This document shows positions 1-9,607 of a stretch of DNA of 64,000 nucleotides, one piece after another; within the stretch, counting starts at the first letter, position 1; every line of letters starts with the position of its first letter. A program made the translations under genes and the position numbers. The notes under the pieces are model-generated. The model saw only the letters and a program-made list of their open reading frames with translations. It was not told the origin of the DNA and searched no databases. The stretch is from Candidatus Microgenomates bacterium (GTDB taxonomy: Bacteria; Patescibacteriota; Microgenomatia; UBA8517; JACQJR01), in assembly GCA_016204995.1 (NCBI GenBank), contig JACQJR010000001.1, positions 305,132 to 369,131 on the forward strand, given 5' to 3'.

Positions 1-5
1 CCGCC

Positions 6-356
6 TTGGATTATATTTATAAAAGTAGCCAAAATCAACCTTTTGCTGTTAACGGTCTTACTATTCCTTTAAATATCAATACTACCTGGAGCTATCTTTT
101 TGAATGGTATGGCCAAGCGCAATATCATTATTTACCAGTCTGGGGTGGTGAGGCAGCGGCAGGCTTTAGTGGCAATTTATCAATCATGAATGACCGCTCC
201 AAATTACCATTATTGCAATTTTTAATTATTGAACCAACTGTCGGTATTAAAGAATATGATAAGCAGAAATTTTTCCGGGAGGAAAACTACTTTACTAAAG
301 TGATAGAGGAAAAACAATTTGGCCCTATCACTATCCAACTCCGCCACCGCTTTTAA
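6..356 (+). CDS. hypothetical protein (possibly 5'-truncated by window edge)
   Basis: ORF track; no recognisable motif. Confidence 0.3.
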   Translation: MDYIYKSSQNQPFAVNGLTIPLNINTTWSYLFEWYGQAQYHYLPVWGGEAAAGFSGNLSIMNDRSKLPLLQFLIIEPTVGIKEYDKQKFFREENYFTKVIEEKQFGPITIQLRHRF

Positions 357-369
357 AATCTTTAGCTAG

Positions 370-1815
370 TTATTTAGAAGAAGTTACATTGACAGTAGTC
401 ACAGCACTATTATTAAATTTGTCGTATGCTTTAGCGCTGATAGCATAGGTTGTTCTGGCCCGGGCGGGAACTTTCCAATCGCAGGTGTAATCGGAGATAC
501 TATCAGTGCATTTTAATTCAGAATTAATAGAAAACTCCACTTTACTAATGCCCGAATTATCCAAAGCTGTGACTTTAATGGTCAAGCGAGAATTTTTCTT
601 GACAGTAGTGTTATTAAGAGGGGCGGTAATAACGACAATGGGAGGCGTCGCATCAGAAATAGTTGTCGGTTGAGGGGAAGAAGTAGGGGTAGGCGAGGGA
701 CTGGGAGACGGAGTGGGAGTCGGCGTAGGACTTGGTGTTGGTGAAGGAGTCGACGAGGATGAAACAGCGGGTAATGGCAAGGCTGAATCCGTGATGGCGC
801 TCTGGGGATCAGCCAGATATGCCCACCAATTATTTAATCTATTATCCGGCCCAGTACCGTCTGCCCGAGGCATATGACTATACCACCACTTTAAATATCC
901 TGCCGGGTTACAACCCCAAGTATTACAAGTAACATCATTAAATGTTCCAGTTAAATTAGGATAATCAGTAAAATCTTCGCAGGAAGAAGGAACTGTCCGA
1001 CTGTTGGTCGTCTCATAACCAGTATTACTGCCGGCATTAACTGCCAGATGGGCATTGCCGCAACCACCTCTGCCAGGTACATCAACGTCTAACAGACTAA
1101 ATCTATTCCAAGCATGGGTTTCTTTTGCCTCCCATGAACCATACACATATCTCATGGTGGATTCTAAGCGGTGTCCATAACTCTCCAAGGCCTCGGCCTC
1201 ACCTCTCTCGTAGTTAAAACCCATTACCGGCAATAATTTTTCGCAGGTCGTCCCGCTAGTAGGATTAGAGTTATACCAGAATCCCCCAGGCCCGGCCAGA
1301 TTTGACTCCCAGAAACCAAACCAGGGTCCGCCCCAAAACCAGACTTCATCAATTTCTCCCCGGTTTCTCTTGCCGCAGGCATCGGCCGCCTCCAACATCT
1401 TAACGTAATCTGCTCCGTCCGGACTATGACAATTACTGCCGCCAGAACTGACACAACTCAAATAAGTTTCATCTGTATACTGAAAACCATCATTTTTAAT
1501 GGGGTAACCATCTAACTCCACAGTTTGGGCAATGGTATAGCTTAACTTGCCAGCGCTGGCTGCCGCAAAATCTCCCACTAAAGTTTGACTTAAACTGCTA
1601 GGTTCGTTCCAGCCTTTATAGGCGGTTAATTTTGATCCACCTTGATTTTCTAAAACCGGATTATAAATTAAAAGCAGAACTTTAGGACTAGCGGAAGCGG
1701 CTTGGGAAAAAAGCCTAGTACTTTCGCGAACAGCATTTAAACCAATTACCAATCCTACCAGAAGGATAACTAAAACTAACAGATGAACTACCCCAGACTG
1801 ATACCTCTTAGGCAT
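370..1815 (-). CDS. secreted/surface protein with N-terminal membrane anchor, Pro/Thr/Ser-rich linker (PSPTPSPTPTPTPSPSPSPT) and C-terminal Ig-like region
   Basis: N-terminal hydrophobic helix LLVLVILLVGLVIGLNAVRE; low-complexity PT linker; many Cys/Gly/Trp in the globular part. Confidence 0.5.
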   Translation of the reverse strand: MPKRYQSGVVHLLVLVILLVGLVIGLNAVRESTRLFSQAASASPKVLLLIYNPVLENQGGSKLTAYKGWNEPSSLSQTLVGDFAAASAGKLSYTIAQTVELDGYPIKNDGFQYTDETYLSCVSSGGSNCHSPDGADYVKMLEAADACGKRNRGEIDEVWFWGGPWFGFWESNLAGPGGFWYNSNPTSGTTCEKLLPVMGFNYERGEAEALESYGHRLESTMRYVYGSWEAKETHAWNRFSLLDVDVPGRGGCGNAHLAVNAGSNTGYETTNSRTVPSSCEDFTDYPNLTGTFNDVTCNTWGCNPAGYLKWWYSHMPRADGTGPDNRLNNWWAYLADPQSAITDSALPLPAVSSSSTPSPTPSPTPTPTPSPSPSPTPTSSPQPTTISDATPPIVVITAPLNNTTVKKNSRLTIKVTALDNSGISKVEFSINSELKCTDSISDYTCDWKVPARARTTYAISAKAYDKFNNSAVTTVNVTSSK

Positions 1816-1997
1816 GACCTATAATCCCTAATTTAGGTGTTATTGAATTATAAAACTTTGTCAATAATCAATTTTTCTGGCCGCTTCCTGATCCAGTAAT
1901 TTTTGTTTATCCATACTAAATCTGTATTGGCATATTAACACTTTCTTGGAGATCTCATCAATGGAAGACAACAGTCAGTAAATAGAGTCAAATTAAA

Positions 1998-2708
1998 TCA
2001 GCTTGAAAGAGGATATAATGACTCATACATATCTTTTGCCAACTTAGCGCCCGCACTAGCCCACTCAACCATTGGACCTCCTTCAAGGTTTAAACTGTTG
2101 CGGAATCTACTTTTCTCTCCGGCTATCTGTTTGACTCGCTCTCTGACTAATAACATTCCTGTTCCATCCTCTGATAATAATTGCAAAGCATCGTTCGTAT
2201 CTGTATTCAGATAATCAGCGCTATTTCCTAGAGAAACTCCTGGAATTCCCATAGCTTCTTCTAAAAGGTCATCAACTTCATCGTATGATTTCTGAGCACC
2301 TTCCCGCAGAGCATTTTCTATGTTAGGAACTAGGGATAAAACAGCCTTGAAACCAAAGGATAGATTAAACCAGAAACAAAAAGAAGGAAAATTTCTGACA
2401 AGTAAAGATTCTCTGGCGGTATCCAACATTAATTCTTCTATATTATTCATCAGATACTGAGCACAAAGATTCGGACGGGAAGGAATATAACCTGCAACTT
2501 CCTGAATAGCGACCTTACTCTGCTCTAGCTTTAACTTCGTATTCCCAGAATCATTAGTTATAGCATTGAGTAGATTTTTCCTCAAATTTGGATAAACTCT
2601 ATTGAGAACTCCTTTTCTTTCTTTTTTAGAAAAACCTATTGACTGTGCTACTTCAGCTCTTATTAAACCTAATCTAATATTATCTATTTTCCTAGGATCT
2701 CTTTCCAT
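1998..2708 (-). CDS. hypothetical protein
   Basis: ORF track, 236 aa, no recognised motif. Confidence 0.4.
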   Translation of the reverse strand: MERDPRKIDNIRLGLIRAEVAQSIGFSKKERKGVLNRVYPNLRKNLLNAITNDSGNTKLKLEQSKVAIQEVAGYIPSRPNLCAQYLMNNIEELMLDTARESLLVRNFPSFCFWFNLSFGFKAVLSLVPNIENALREGAQKSYDEVDDLLEEAMGIPGVSLGNSADYLNTDTNDALQLLSEDGTGMLLVRERVKQIAGEKSRFRNSLNLEGGPMVEWASAGAKLAKDMYESLYPLSS

Positions 2709-2772
2709 GCGGTAAATTATATCAAAAAACCCTGCGATAACAAAAATGATACGATCGTGGAGAATTTGTTAA

Positions 2773-3003
2773 TTATCTTCTTGCCCTTTTCCAGGTAGAG
2801 ATAATTACATATTCACCGGTAGTAGGATGGTGAGTATAGCCGACACCGATTTCGTAACCATTATATTTTTTAATCATGACTTTCATTCCTGAAGGTAAAG
2901 TTTTAGACTCTCCATGATAAAAAGCATCCAGCGCGTCACTTTCTGACAGCCCCGCCGAACTCATTTTTCGCAAAGTCTTGGAAGGGAAAAACGGCGAAGC
3001 CAT
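2773..3003 (-). CDS. small toxin-like protein (tentatively BrnT/DUF497-like RelE-fold; C-terminal YVIISTWKRARR resembles the IRIISARKA motif)
   Basis: 76 aa; C-terminal motif resemblance only; real start may be the internal Met (MSSAGL). Confidence 0.3.
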   Translation of the reverse strand: MASPFFPSKTLRKMSSAGLSESDALDAFYHGESKTLPSGMKVMIKKYNGYEIGVGYTHHPTTGEYVIISTWKRARR

Positions 3004-3038
3004 ATCATATGTATTTTATCATCTTTGGGGATTATGGG

Positions 3039-3060
3039 AATTACACCTTCGGGGTGGGTT
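3039..3060. repeat. 21-bp direct repeat ATTACACCTTCGGGGTGGGTT, copy 1 (hairpin CACC-TTCGG-GGTG); copy 2 at 3730..3751 abuts the secA stop codon
   Basis: identical 21-mer found twice, 690 bp apart. Confidence 0.7.
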
Positions 3061-3067
3061 GGGATAT

Positions 3068-3084
3068 ATCTTACAAAGATATTA
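3068..3084. promoter_or_regulatory. operator-like palindrome ATATCTT-aca-AAGATAT in the divergent promoter region between the toxin-like gene and ORF 3130..3675; related half-site AATCTTACAAT at 3100..3113
   Basis: perfect 7-bp inverted repeat with 3-nt spacer read directly from the sequence. Confidence 0.35.
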
Positions 3085-3129
3085 CATCCTATTGCATAAA
3101 ATCTTACAATAGAAATATATTATTGTTTA

Positions 3130-3675
3130 ATGTCGGCTGAAAATTTATCGGACAAAACAAAGCAATCTCCTGAAGAAGAGACACAGTCTAACTTGCTAGT
3201 TAGAGTTACGCCTGACACTTCTCCCCATAAAAAAATATATACATACAAAAGACTAATTGGCTTCATTGAGGGGACTTTTCTACTGGACGATTCTGGTTAT
3301 GAAGGCGATAGATATTGGGATGGGCAAGATAAAAATGTTCCCGAGCACCATTACAAAAATCAAGAGGATTATGAAATTTCGGTCCAACTAGACAACCAAC
3401 ATAAAGGAAAAAGTGTCAAAGAGGTGTGGGATAGCTTAGCAGATGGCGAAACGCCATTAACATTATTAGAAACGCTTTATTTATTAAAACAGTATCCGCA
3501 AATTATTGATACCTTATCTGATGCACCGCTTCTAGTCCCGGCCACAGAAGCTCTGTATTTTGATATACACGGGTGGTTTCCTTGTATTAGAATAGCAGAG
3601 GGAGGAATATATATTGACTTAGTTACTTCTACTGAAAAAGAAGAAAATTTTAGAATACCAACGCGAAAAATATGA
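3130..3675 (+). CDS. hypothetical protein, flanked by 21-bp direct repeats
   Basis: ORF track, 181 aa; flanking repeats at 3039..3060 and 3730..3751. Confidence 0.45.
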   Translation: MSAENLSDKTKQSPEEETQSNLLVRVTPDTSPHKKIYTYKRLIGFIEGTFLLDDSGYEGDRYWDGQDKNVPEHHYKNQEDYEISVQLDNQHKGKSVKEVWDSLADGETPLTLLETLYLLKQYPQIIDTLSDAPLLVPATEALYFDIHGWFPCIRIAEGGIYIDLVTSTEKEENFRIPTRKI

Positions 3676-3749
3676 TTTTTTATAATGTTCCTCTATTTAT
3701 ATTTATATATGTGATAAAAATAAACCTTCGATTACACCTTCGGGGTGGG

Positions 3750-6413
3750 TTACGATGACACCTGGGGATAATGACAGCGTTTCCATTTTTTTCCAGAACC
3801 GCACCAGCAGGGATCATTACGGCCGAGCTTGGAAGAGGCTCTTGGGCTATTGGGCTCTTGGGCTATTGGGGTAAGACCAATATTATCTGATTTATCAATG
3901 TTAGTTTGGATTTGAGAAGACGGTACAACTGACTGCGGCATAGGACCTTGGACATGAACTCGCAGAACCCGACGGATTACCTCACCATCAATTTGGGCCA
4001 TTAATCTTTCAAACATCCCATAAGCCTCTTGTTTATATTCAATTAGCGGATCGCGCTGTCCATAACCGCGCAAACCAATTCCCTCTCGCAAATCATCCAT
4101 GGCATCCAGATGATCCATCCACAAACGGTCAATAGAAGATAAATATGCAAATCTTTCCATTTGCCGCATCACTTCTGGCCCAACCTGACTCTCACGGGTG
4201 TGGTAAACATCGGCGACCACATTATTTAAAAATTCCTCAATCTGCGGCCCGCCAGTTATCTTTTTCAGTTCTGCAAGCAACCGTTTTTGCGAGTCATCAT
4301 CAAACGGCACTAAATCTAAAAACGAGACCAGAATTCCCTCATGATCAACTTTCTCGGTAGTAGCTAGTGTCACAATATTAGTAATTTCGGCAGCAAATTT
4401 TTCTTGCAAATCTTGGCTAACATCTTTTCCTTCCAGAATTTCCCGCCTGGTTTTATAAATAATTTCCCGTTGCTGATTAATCACATCATCATATTCCACC
4501 ACCCGTTTTCTAGCATCAAAATTAAACCCTTCTACTTTAACTTGGGCTTGAGCAATGGCCCGCGATACCAACGGATTTTCAATGGCTTGATCTTCCGGAA
4601 TATTCAGCCGGGTCATCAGTCCTGAAATTTGTTCGCCGCCGAAAATACGCATTAGATCATCTTCTAAAGACAGGTAAAATCTGGAAGAGCCCGGATCACC
4701 CTGTCGGCCAGCCCGACCGCGCAGCTGATTATCAATCCGCCTGGCTTCATGCCGTTCCGTACCAATCACATGCAGTCCACCTAGTTTGACTACTTCCTCG
4801 TGTTCCTTCTGCCAATTTTGAATTTTGAATTTTGAATTTTGAATTTCCTCGATTGGCGTACCACCGAGGATGATATCAACGCCGCGACCGGCCATATTAG
4901 TAGCCACTGTCACCGCTCCGCGCCTCCCGGCTTGAGCCAAAATTTCTGCTTCACGCTCGTGCTGTTTGGCATTTAAAACTTCATGGGGGATTTTCTTACG
5001 TTTCAAAAGGTCAGAGACAATTTCATTTTTCTCAATAGAAGTCGTACCCACCAACACCGGCCGGCCGGCTTTGTGCATTTCTTCAATTTCTCCGGCCACA
5101 GCGCTGTATTTAGCCCGTAAAGTTTTATAAATTGAGTCCGAATGGTCGCGTCTAATCATGGCCCGATGAGTGGGGATGACCAACACATCCAGTTTATAAA
5201 TTTTGTGAAATTCTTCTGCTTCAGTTAAAGCCGTCCCGGTCATACCAGCCAGCCGCTCATATAACCTAAAATAATTTTGAAAGGTAATAGTAGCTAAAGT
5301 CCTGGTTTCCTGCTGAATTTGCACCCCTTCTTTGGCTTCCACTGCTTGGTGCAAGCCATCACTCCATCTGCGGCCGACCATCAACCGACCAGTAAATTCA
5401 TCCACAATAATCACCTGCCCATCGCGAATAACATAATCACGATCCTGTAAATAAAGAGCTCTGGCCCGCAAAGCATTTTCCAAATGATGAATAGTTTCAA
5501 AATCATGTTCATATAAATTACTGACGCCTAAAATTTTCTCTACCTTACTAATGCCATGTTCAGTCAAATGAGCCGTTCTGCTTTTCTCATCAATTTTATA
5601 GTCAGTATCGGCTGATAATTTTTCAATTAGCTGGGCATGCTCATAATATTTTCTGGTTGGCTCGGTATCAGGGGCGGAAATAATTAAAGGAGTCCGAGCC
5701 TCATCAATTAAGATAGAATCTACCTCGTCCACAATTGCAAAATGGCGGCCGCGGCTGACCACTTCGGAAAGATCTTGGGCCATATTGTCCCGCAAATAAT
5801 CAAAACCAAATTCATTATTAGTACCGTAAACAATATCGGCTGCGTAAGCTTCTTTGCGGGTAACTGGCTTGAGACGGGCCAGACGTTTATCCCCATGTGA
5901 AGTATCGTTATATTCTGCGTCATAGATAAAAGAATGACCTTCTTGGATAATGACTCCTACCTTCATACCAAGAAGGTGAAAAATCGGCCCCATCCAGCCA
6001 GCATCGCGGCGGGCTAGATAATCATTGACGGTGACTAAATGAACACCGCCGCCGGATAAAGCATGCAGATATAAAGCGGGAACGGCTGATAAAGTCTTAC
6101 CCTCCCCGGTTTTCTGTTCGGCCACTTTACCTTCAAATAAAGCAGCCCCTGCCATCAGCTGAACATCATAATGACGCAGACCAATGGCCCGAACTGATGC
6201 TTCCCTAACAAGAGCAAAAGCCTCCGGTAATAAATCACTAGGCAAGGCACTGGCTGCCACTTTTTCTTTTAAAGCCGCAGTTTTAGCCGCAAAATCTTTG
6301 TCTTTAAGCTTTTTTACATCCTTCTCAAGACTATTAATCACCTCAACGATTTTACTTAAGCGACCAACTTCACCCCGACTGGGATCAAATAATTTGCCAA
6401 TTTTGGAAAACAT
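3750..6413 (-). CDS. secA: preprotein translocase ATPase SecA
   Basis: 887 aa; DEAD-like motor motifs (GEGKTL); C-terminal zinc-binding CWCGSGKKWKRCH. Confidence 0.95.
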   Translation of the reverse strand: MFSKIGKLFDPSRGEVGRLSKIVEVINSLEKDVKKLKDKDFAAKTAALKEKVAASALPSDLLPEAFALVREASVRAIGLRHYDVQLMAGAALFEGKVAEQKTGEGKTLSAVPALYLHALSGGGVHLVTVNDYLARRDAGWMGPIFHLLGMKVGVIIQEGHSFIYDAEYNDTSHGDKRLARLKPVTRKEAYAADIVYGTNNEFGFDYLRDNMAQDLSEVVSRGRHFAIVDEVDSILIDEARTPLIISAPDTEPTRKYYEHAQLIEKLSADTDYKIDEKSRTAHLTEHGISKVEKILGVSNLYEHDFETIHHLENALRARALYLQDRDYVIRDGQVIIVDEFTGRLMVGRRWSDGLHQAVEAKEGVQIQQETRTLATITFQNYFRLYERLAGMTGTALTEAEEFHKIYKLDVLVIPTHRAMIRRDHSDSIYKTLRAKYSAVAGEIEEMHKAGRPVLVGTTSIEKNEIVSDLLKRKKIPHEVLNAKQHEREAEILAQAGRRGAVTVATNMAGRGVDIILGGTPIEEIQNSKFKIQNWQKEHEEVVKLGGLHVIGTERHEARRIDNQLRGRAGRQGDPGSSRFYLSLEDDLMRIFGGEQISGLMTRLNIPEDQAIENPLVSRAIAQAQVKVEGFNFDARKRVVEYDDVINQQREIIYKTRREILEGKDVSQDLQEKFAAEITNIVTLATTEKVDHEGILVSFLDLVPFDDDSQKRLLAELKKITGGPQIEEFLNNVVADVYHTRESQVGPEVMRQMERFAYLSSIDRLWMDHLDAMDDLREGIGLRGYGQRDPLIEYKQEAYGMFERLMAQIDGEVIRRVLRVHVQGPMPQSVVPSSQIQTNIDKSDNIGLTPIAQEPNSPRASSKLGRNDPCWCGSGKKWKRCHYPQVSS

Positions 6414-6445
6414 ATTGAGGTTTCTACAATTATAACATTCCTAGG

Positions 6446-8257
6446 CTATTCTACATATCCTTTAGCCTGTAACTTAAACATTCGGGCGTAAACTCCTTTT
6501 TGAGCAAGAAGTGCTTTATGAGTTCCACTTTCAATAATTTCTCCGCCTCTCACCACCAAAATTTTATCAGCATTCCTAACCGTAGAAAAACGATGGGAAA
6601 CGAAAATTAAAGTTTTGGTCTTATAAAGTTTGTGCAAATTATTAAAAATTTCATACTCCGCTTCAGCGTCAATGGCACTGGTTGGCTCATCCAGAATCAA
6701 AACCGGCGCTCCTTCATAAAAGGCCCGGGCGATGGCCAACTTTTGCCATTCGCCAATGGATAATTCCACTCCGCCTTCAAATTGCCGCCCTAATTGTTGA
6801 TCAAATTTATCAGGCAGTTTTTCAATAAATCCAACCGCACCACTGGCCTCAACCGCCTCTTCAAAACGTCCTTTATGAAACTCGCTTCCCATTAAGATAT
6901 AATCGCGAGGTGTAAATTCGTAATGAGTAAATTCCTGAAAAAGGGTGCTTAACATTTGATATAAATCCCGCCGTGAGATATCTTTAATATTGACGTCGTT
7001 AAATATAATTTCGCCGGAGGTCACATCATAAAATCGGCACAACAATTTCACAATTGTGGTTTTGCCAGCGCCGTTTGGTCCGACTAAGGCCACATTTTCT
7101 CCCGGCTCAATTATAAAAGAAGTATCTTTTAGAACTAAATTCGTACTCCCCGGATAAGCAAATGAGACATCTTTAAATTCTACTCGCGGCGGCTGATTTT
7201 TTAACTTCATCGCGATAGGGCTGACTGGCTCATTAATAACCGGTGTCAAATTAATTACTTTATAGTAATTATCCACATACAAATTATTTTCATAAAGTTC
7301 GCCCAAATCAGTAATCATCCCGGAAACACTATTAGCCACCCGATCTAAAATACTGATAAAAAAGGTAAAAGTACCAATGCTCATCTCTCCAGAAAGAACG
7401 TGGGGCAGACGCCAATAGGCAAAAATAAAAATCACTCCTATTTGTAAAATTTCCGGAAAGTAGGCAAACTTGATAAAATTGGCTACCGGCTTTTTGTAAA
7501 CGTTATAAAGATGGTCCTGTAAAGACTTAAAGCGATCCAAAAAAACTTTTTGTGATTGTGACAAATGCATCTCTGCCACGGTATTTTTATTAGCCATCAG
7601 CCAGCGCAAATACCAAAGCTTCTTCACTTCCGGCGTAGCAGTGTCATAAATTGACCATTCAATTTTGCCGTATTTAGTGCGCAGATAAAGTTTGGGCAAA
7701 GCCGCCAAACTAATTAATAAAGGAATAAACCAGCCGAAGGGTATTAAAATTAACAAAGAGGCCGCAAAAGATACTACATTATTAAATAAATCAGCTAGCC
7801 TTTGTAAAAAATTCGACTGGCGCCAGAAAGTGTCTAGCGTTTTGGTGACCAAATTATTGGTCTCGGGATTTTCCAGATGGGCTATATCAAGGCTGGAAAT
7901 TTTTTGAAAAAGGGTAAAGCTAAGAGCATTTTGGATTTTATTGCGAAATAGATTGCCAAAATAGGTATTTTTTAAACCCCACATGACAAAATCCCAGGTT
8001 AAGTTAGATAAATACATCCCGCCTAATAAGGCAATCACTACCAGTGGTACTGTCGGGGCAATGCCGCCAGAACCAATGATTGAGTCTATGGTTAACTTGT
8101 AAATGTAACTGGATAAAATCGGGAAGAAAGCTCCCAATATGGATAAGCCATAAAAACCAATCACCAGTTTTTTATCCGACTTGTAAGCAAAAACCACTAG
8201 TCGCCCCAAATTCTTCACCACCTGCCCAATCGGAGAAAGAAAAGAAAATTTATTCAT
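6446..8257 (-). CDS. ABC transporter, fused permease/ATP-binding (MsbA-like exporter)
   Basis: N-terminal 6 TM helices; Walker A GPNGAGKTT; signature LSIGEWQ; Walker B ILDEPTSAID. Confidence 0.9.
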   Translation of the reverse strand: MNKFSFLSPIGQVVKNLGRLVVFAYKSDKKLVIGFYGLSILGAFFPILSSYIYKLTIDSIIGSGGIAPTVPLVVIALLGGMYLSNLTWDFVMWGLKNTYFGNLFRNKIQNALSFTLFQKISSLDIAHLENPETNNLVTKTLDTFWRQSNFLQRLADLFNNVVSFAASLLILIPFGWFIPLLISLAALPKLYLRTKYGKIEWSIYDTATPEVKKLWYLRWLMANKNTVAEMHLSQSQKVFLDRFKSLQDHLYNVYKKPVANFIKFAYFPEILQIGVIFIFAYWRLPHVLSGEMSIGTFTFFISILDRVANSVSGMITDLGELYENNLYVDNYYKVINLTPVINEPVSPIAMKLKNQPPRVEFKDVSFAYPGSTNLVLKDTSFIIEPGENVALVGPNGAGKTTIVKLLCRFYDVTSGEIIFNDVNIKDISRRDLYQMLSTLFQEFTHYEFTPRDYILMGSEFHKGRFEEAVEASGAVGFIEKLPDKFDQQLGRQFEGGVELSIGEWQKLAIARAFYEGAPVLILDEPTSAIDAEAEYEIFNNLHKLYKTKTLIFVSHRFSTVRNADKILVVRGGEIIESGTHKALLAQKGVYARMFKLQAKGYVE

Positions 8258-8274
8258 GACTGTTTAAGTATAAG

Positions 8275-8292
8275 CCTGCCTGCGCAGGCAGG
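8275..8292. repeat. GC-rich palindromic element, short form CCTGCCTGCGCAGGCAGG (intergenic between ABC exporter and serS)
   Basis: perfect 18-bp palindrome in an AT-rich context; same core recurs at 8489..8528, 39366..39383 and in long form at 10582..10619 and 49506..49539. Confidence 0.8.
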
Positions 8293-8318
8293 TCTAGTAA
8301 GAAGTTAAAAGAAGACTA

Positions 8319-9605
8319 TTACTTTCTAGGTCTAATCTCGGCAAAGCCGGTGTATTTTTGCAGAACTTGGGGGATTTTAACCGAACCATCCTCTTGTTGA
8401 TAATTTTCCAAGATGGCAATTATGGTGCGACCAATAGCCAAAGCTGTACCGTTTAAAATATGAACATATTTTTTCTCATTAGCATTGGTACCTGCCTGCG
8501 CAGGCTTGTCTGCGCCAGCAGGCAGGTATTTAATATTTAATCTTCTTGCTTGAAAATCACCCGTGGTAGAAATAGAATGAGTTTCTCTGTATTTATCCTG
8601 CGAAGGAATCCAAGTTTCAATATCAATCGTCTCGGCTGCAGGAATTGACAGATCGCCGCTCGCAAGTTTTACTACTTGATAGGGTAGTCCCAAAGCTTGC
8701 ATAAATCCTTCTGATATTGCGAGCAACTTTCTTCTTTCTACTTCATCGTCATCTGGTTTAACAAAGGCCACCATTTCTACTTTATCAAATTGATGCACCC
8801 GTAAAATTCCTTTGGTGTCTTTGCCATAAGAACCAGCCTCTCTTCTAAAACATGGCGAAAAAGCGGCATATTTTTTCGGCAATTCTCGTGCCTCCAAGGT
8901 CTCTCCTTGGAGCATCGGCACCACTGCATGTTCGCCAGTTCCCACCAGATATAAACCTTGCTCGTTTTCTTCCAGATCCATCACCAGATAATAATTTTCA
9001 TTACCGCCGCCTTGCCAATACCCCAAACCTTCGGTGATTTCTTTTTTAATTAAGGCTGGTGGAATAACAGGAGAAAATCCTTCCTTTACTAATGTTTCCA
9101 TGGCGAAATTGACGAGAGCCAGCTCTAGCATCACTCCTTCATTTTTCAGATAGCCAAATCTGCTGCCGGAAACTTTAGCAGCGCGCTCTATATCAATAAT
9201 ATCCAGCATTTCTCCCAGCTCCACATGATCCCGCACCTTAAAATTTAATTTTTTTGGCTCTCCCACCGTTCTTAAAACTTCATTTTTTGATTCATCGCCT
9301 TCTGGTACGCCTTCAGCCGGCAGATTAGGAAGGGAAGTAAGTAAATTGTTAAATTCCTGCTCAATAATAGCTAATGCTTCTTCCTTTTTACCTAATTGAG
9401 CTTTAATTAATTTCCCTTTTTCAATATCTTTATTCTTGGCTGCCTGATTTCTCTGCGCCCGCAGTTCTTCTACCTCTTGCAAAAGTTCCCGATATTGTTT
9501 ATCGGCCATTAATGTCTGATCCACCAATTTTATATCGCATCCCTTGGCCGAGATACCCTTTTTAACTTTTTCCGGATTTTCTCTGATGTAATTAATATCT
9601 AGCAT
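8319..9605 (-). CDS. serS: seryl-tRNA synthetase
   Basis: N-terminal coiled-coil; class II motifs; C-terminal TGDFQARR...VHILNGTALAIGRT...ENYQ. Confidence 0.95.
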   Translation of the reverse strand: MLDINYIRENPEKVKKGISAKGCDIKLVDQTLMADKQYRELLQEVEELRAQRNQAAKNKDIEKGKLIKAQLGKKEEALAIIEQEFNNLLTSLPNLPAEGVPEGDESKNEVLRTVGEPKKLNFKVRDHVELGEMLDIIDIERAAKVSGSRFGYLKNEGVMLELALVNFAMETLVKEGFSPVIPPALIKKEITEGLGYWQGGGNENYYLVMDLEENEQGLYLVGTGEHAVVPMLQGETLEARELPKKYAAFSPCFRREAGSYGKDTKGILRVHQFDKVEMVAFVKPDDDEVERRKLLAISEGFMQALGLPYQVVKLASGDLSIPAAETIDIETWIPSQDKYRETHSISTTGDFQARRLNIKYLPAGADKPAQAGTNANEKKYVHILNGTALAIGRTIIAILENYQQEDGSVKIPQVLQKYTGFAEIRPRK

Positions 9606-9607
9606 AA

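Noticed and set aside
1224-1454. Numerous 60-140-aa ORFs antisense to or nested inside large genes (for example 1224..1454, 4145..4360, 4404..4625, 5720..5923, 6184..6435, 7692..7907, 12454..13068, 13446..13761, 14832..15029, 16113..16325, 39722..40099, 47698..48018, 61243..61785)
   Set aside because: They overlap well-supported housekeeping genes on the opposite strand or in another frame and show low-complexity or improbable composition. They are treated as spurious.
4814-4848. Possible CRISPR array suggested by short tandem repeats
   Set aside because: Units are 7 bp with no spacers, lie inside intact coding frames, and no cas genes are present, so this is a microsatellite and not CRISPR.
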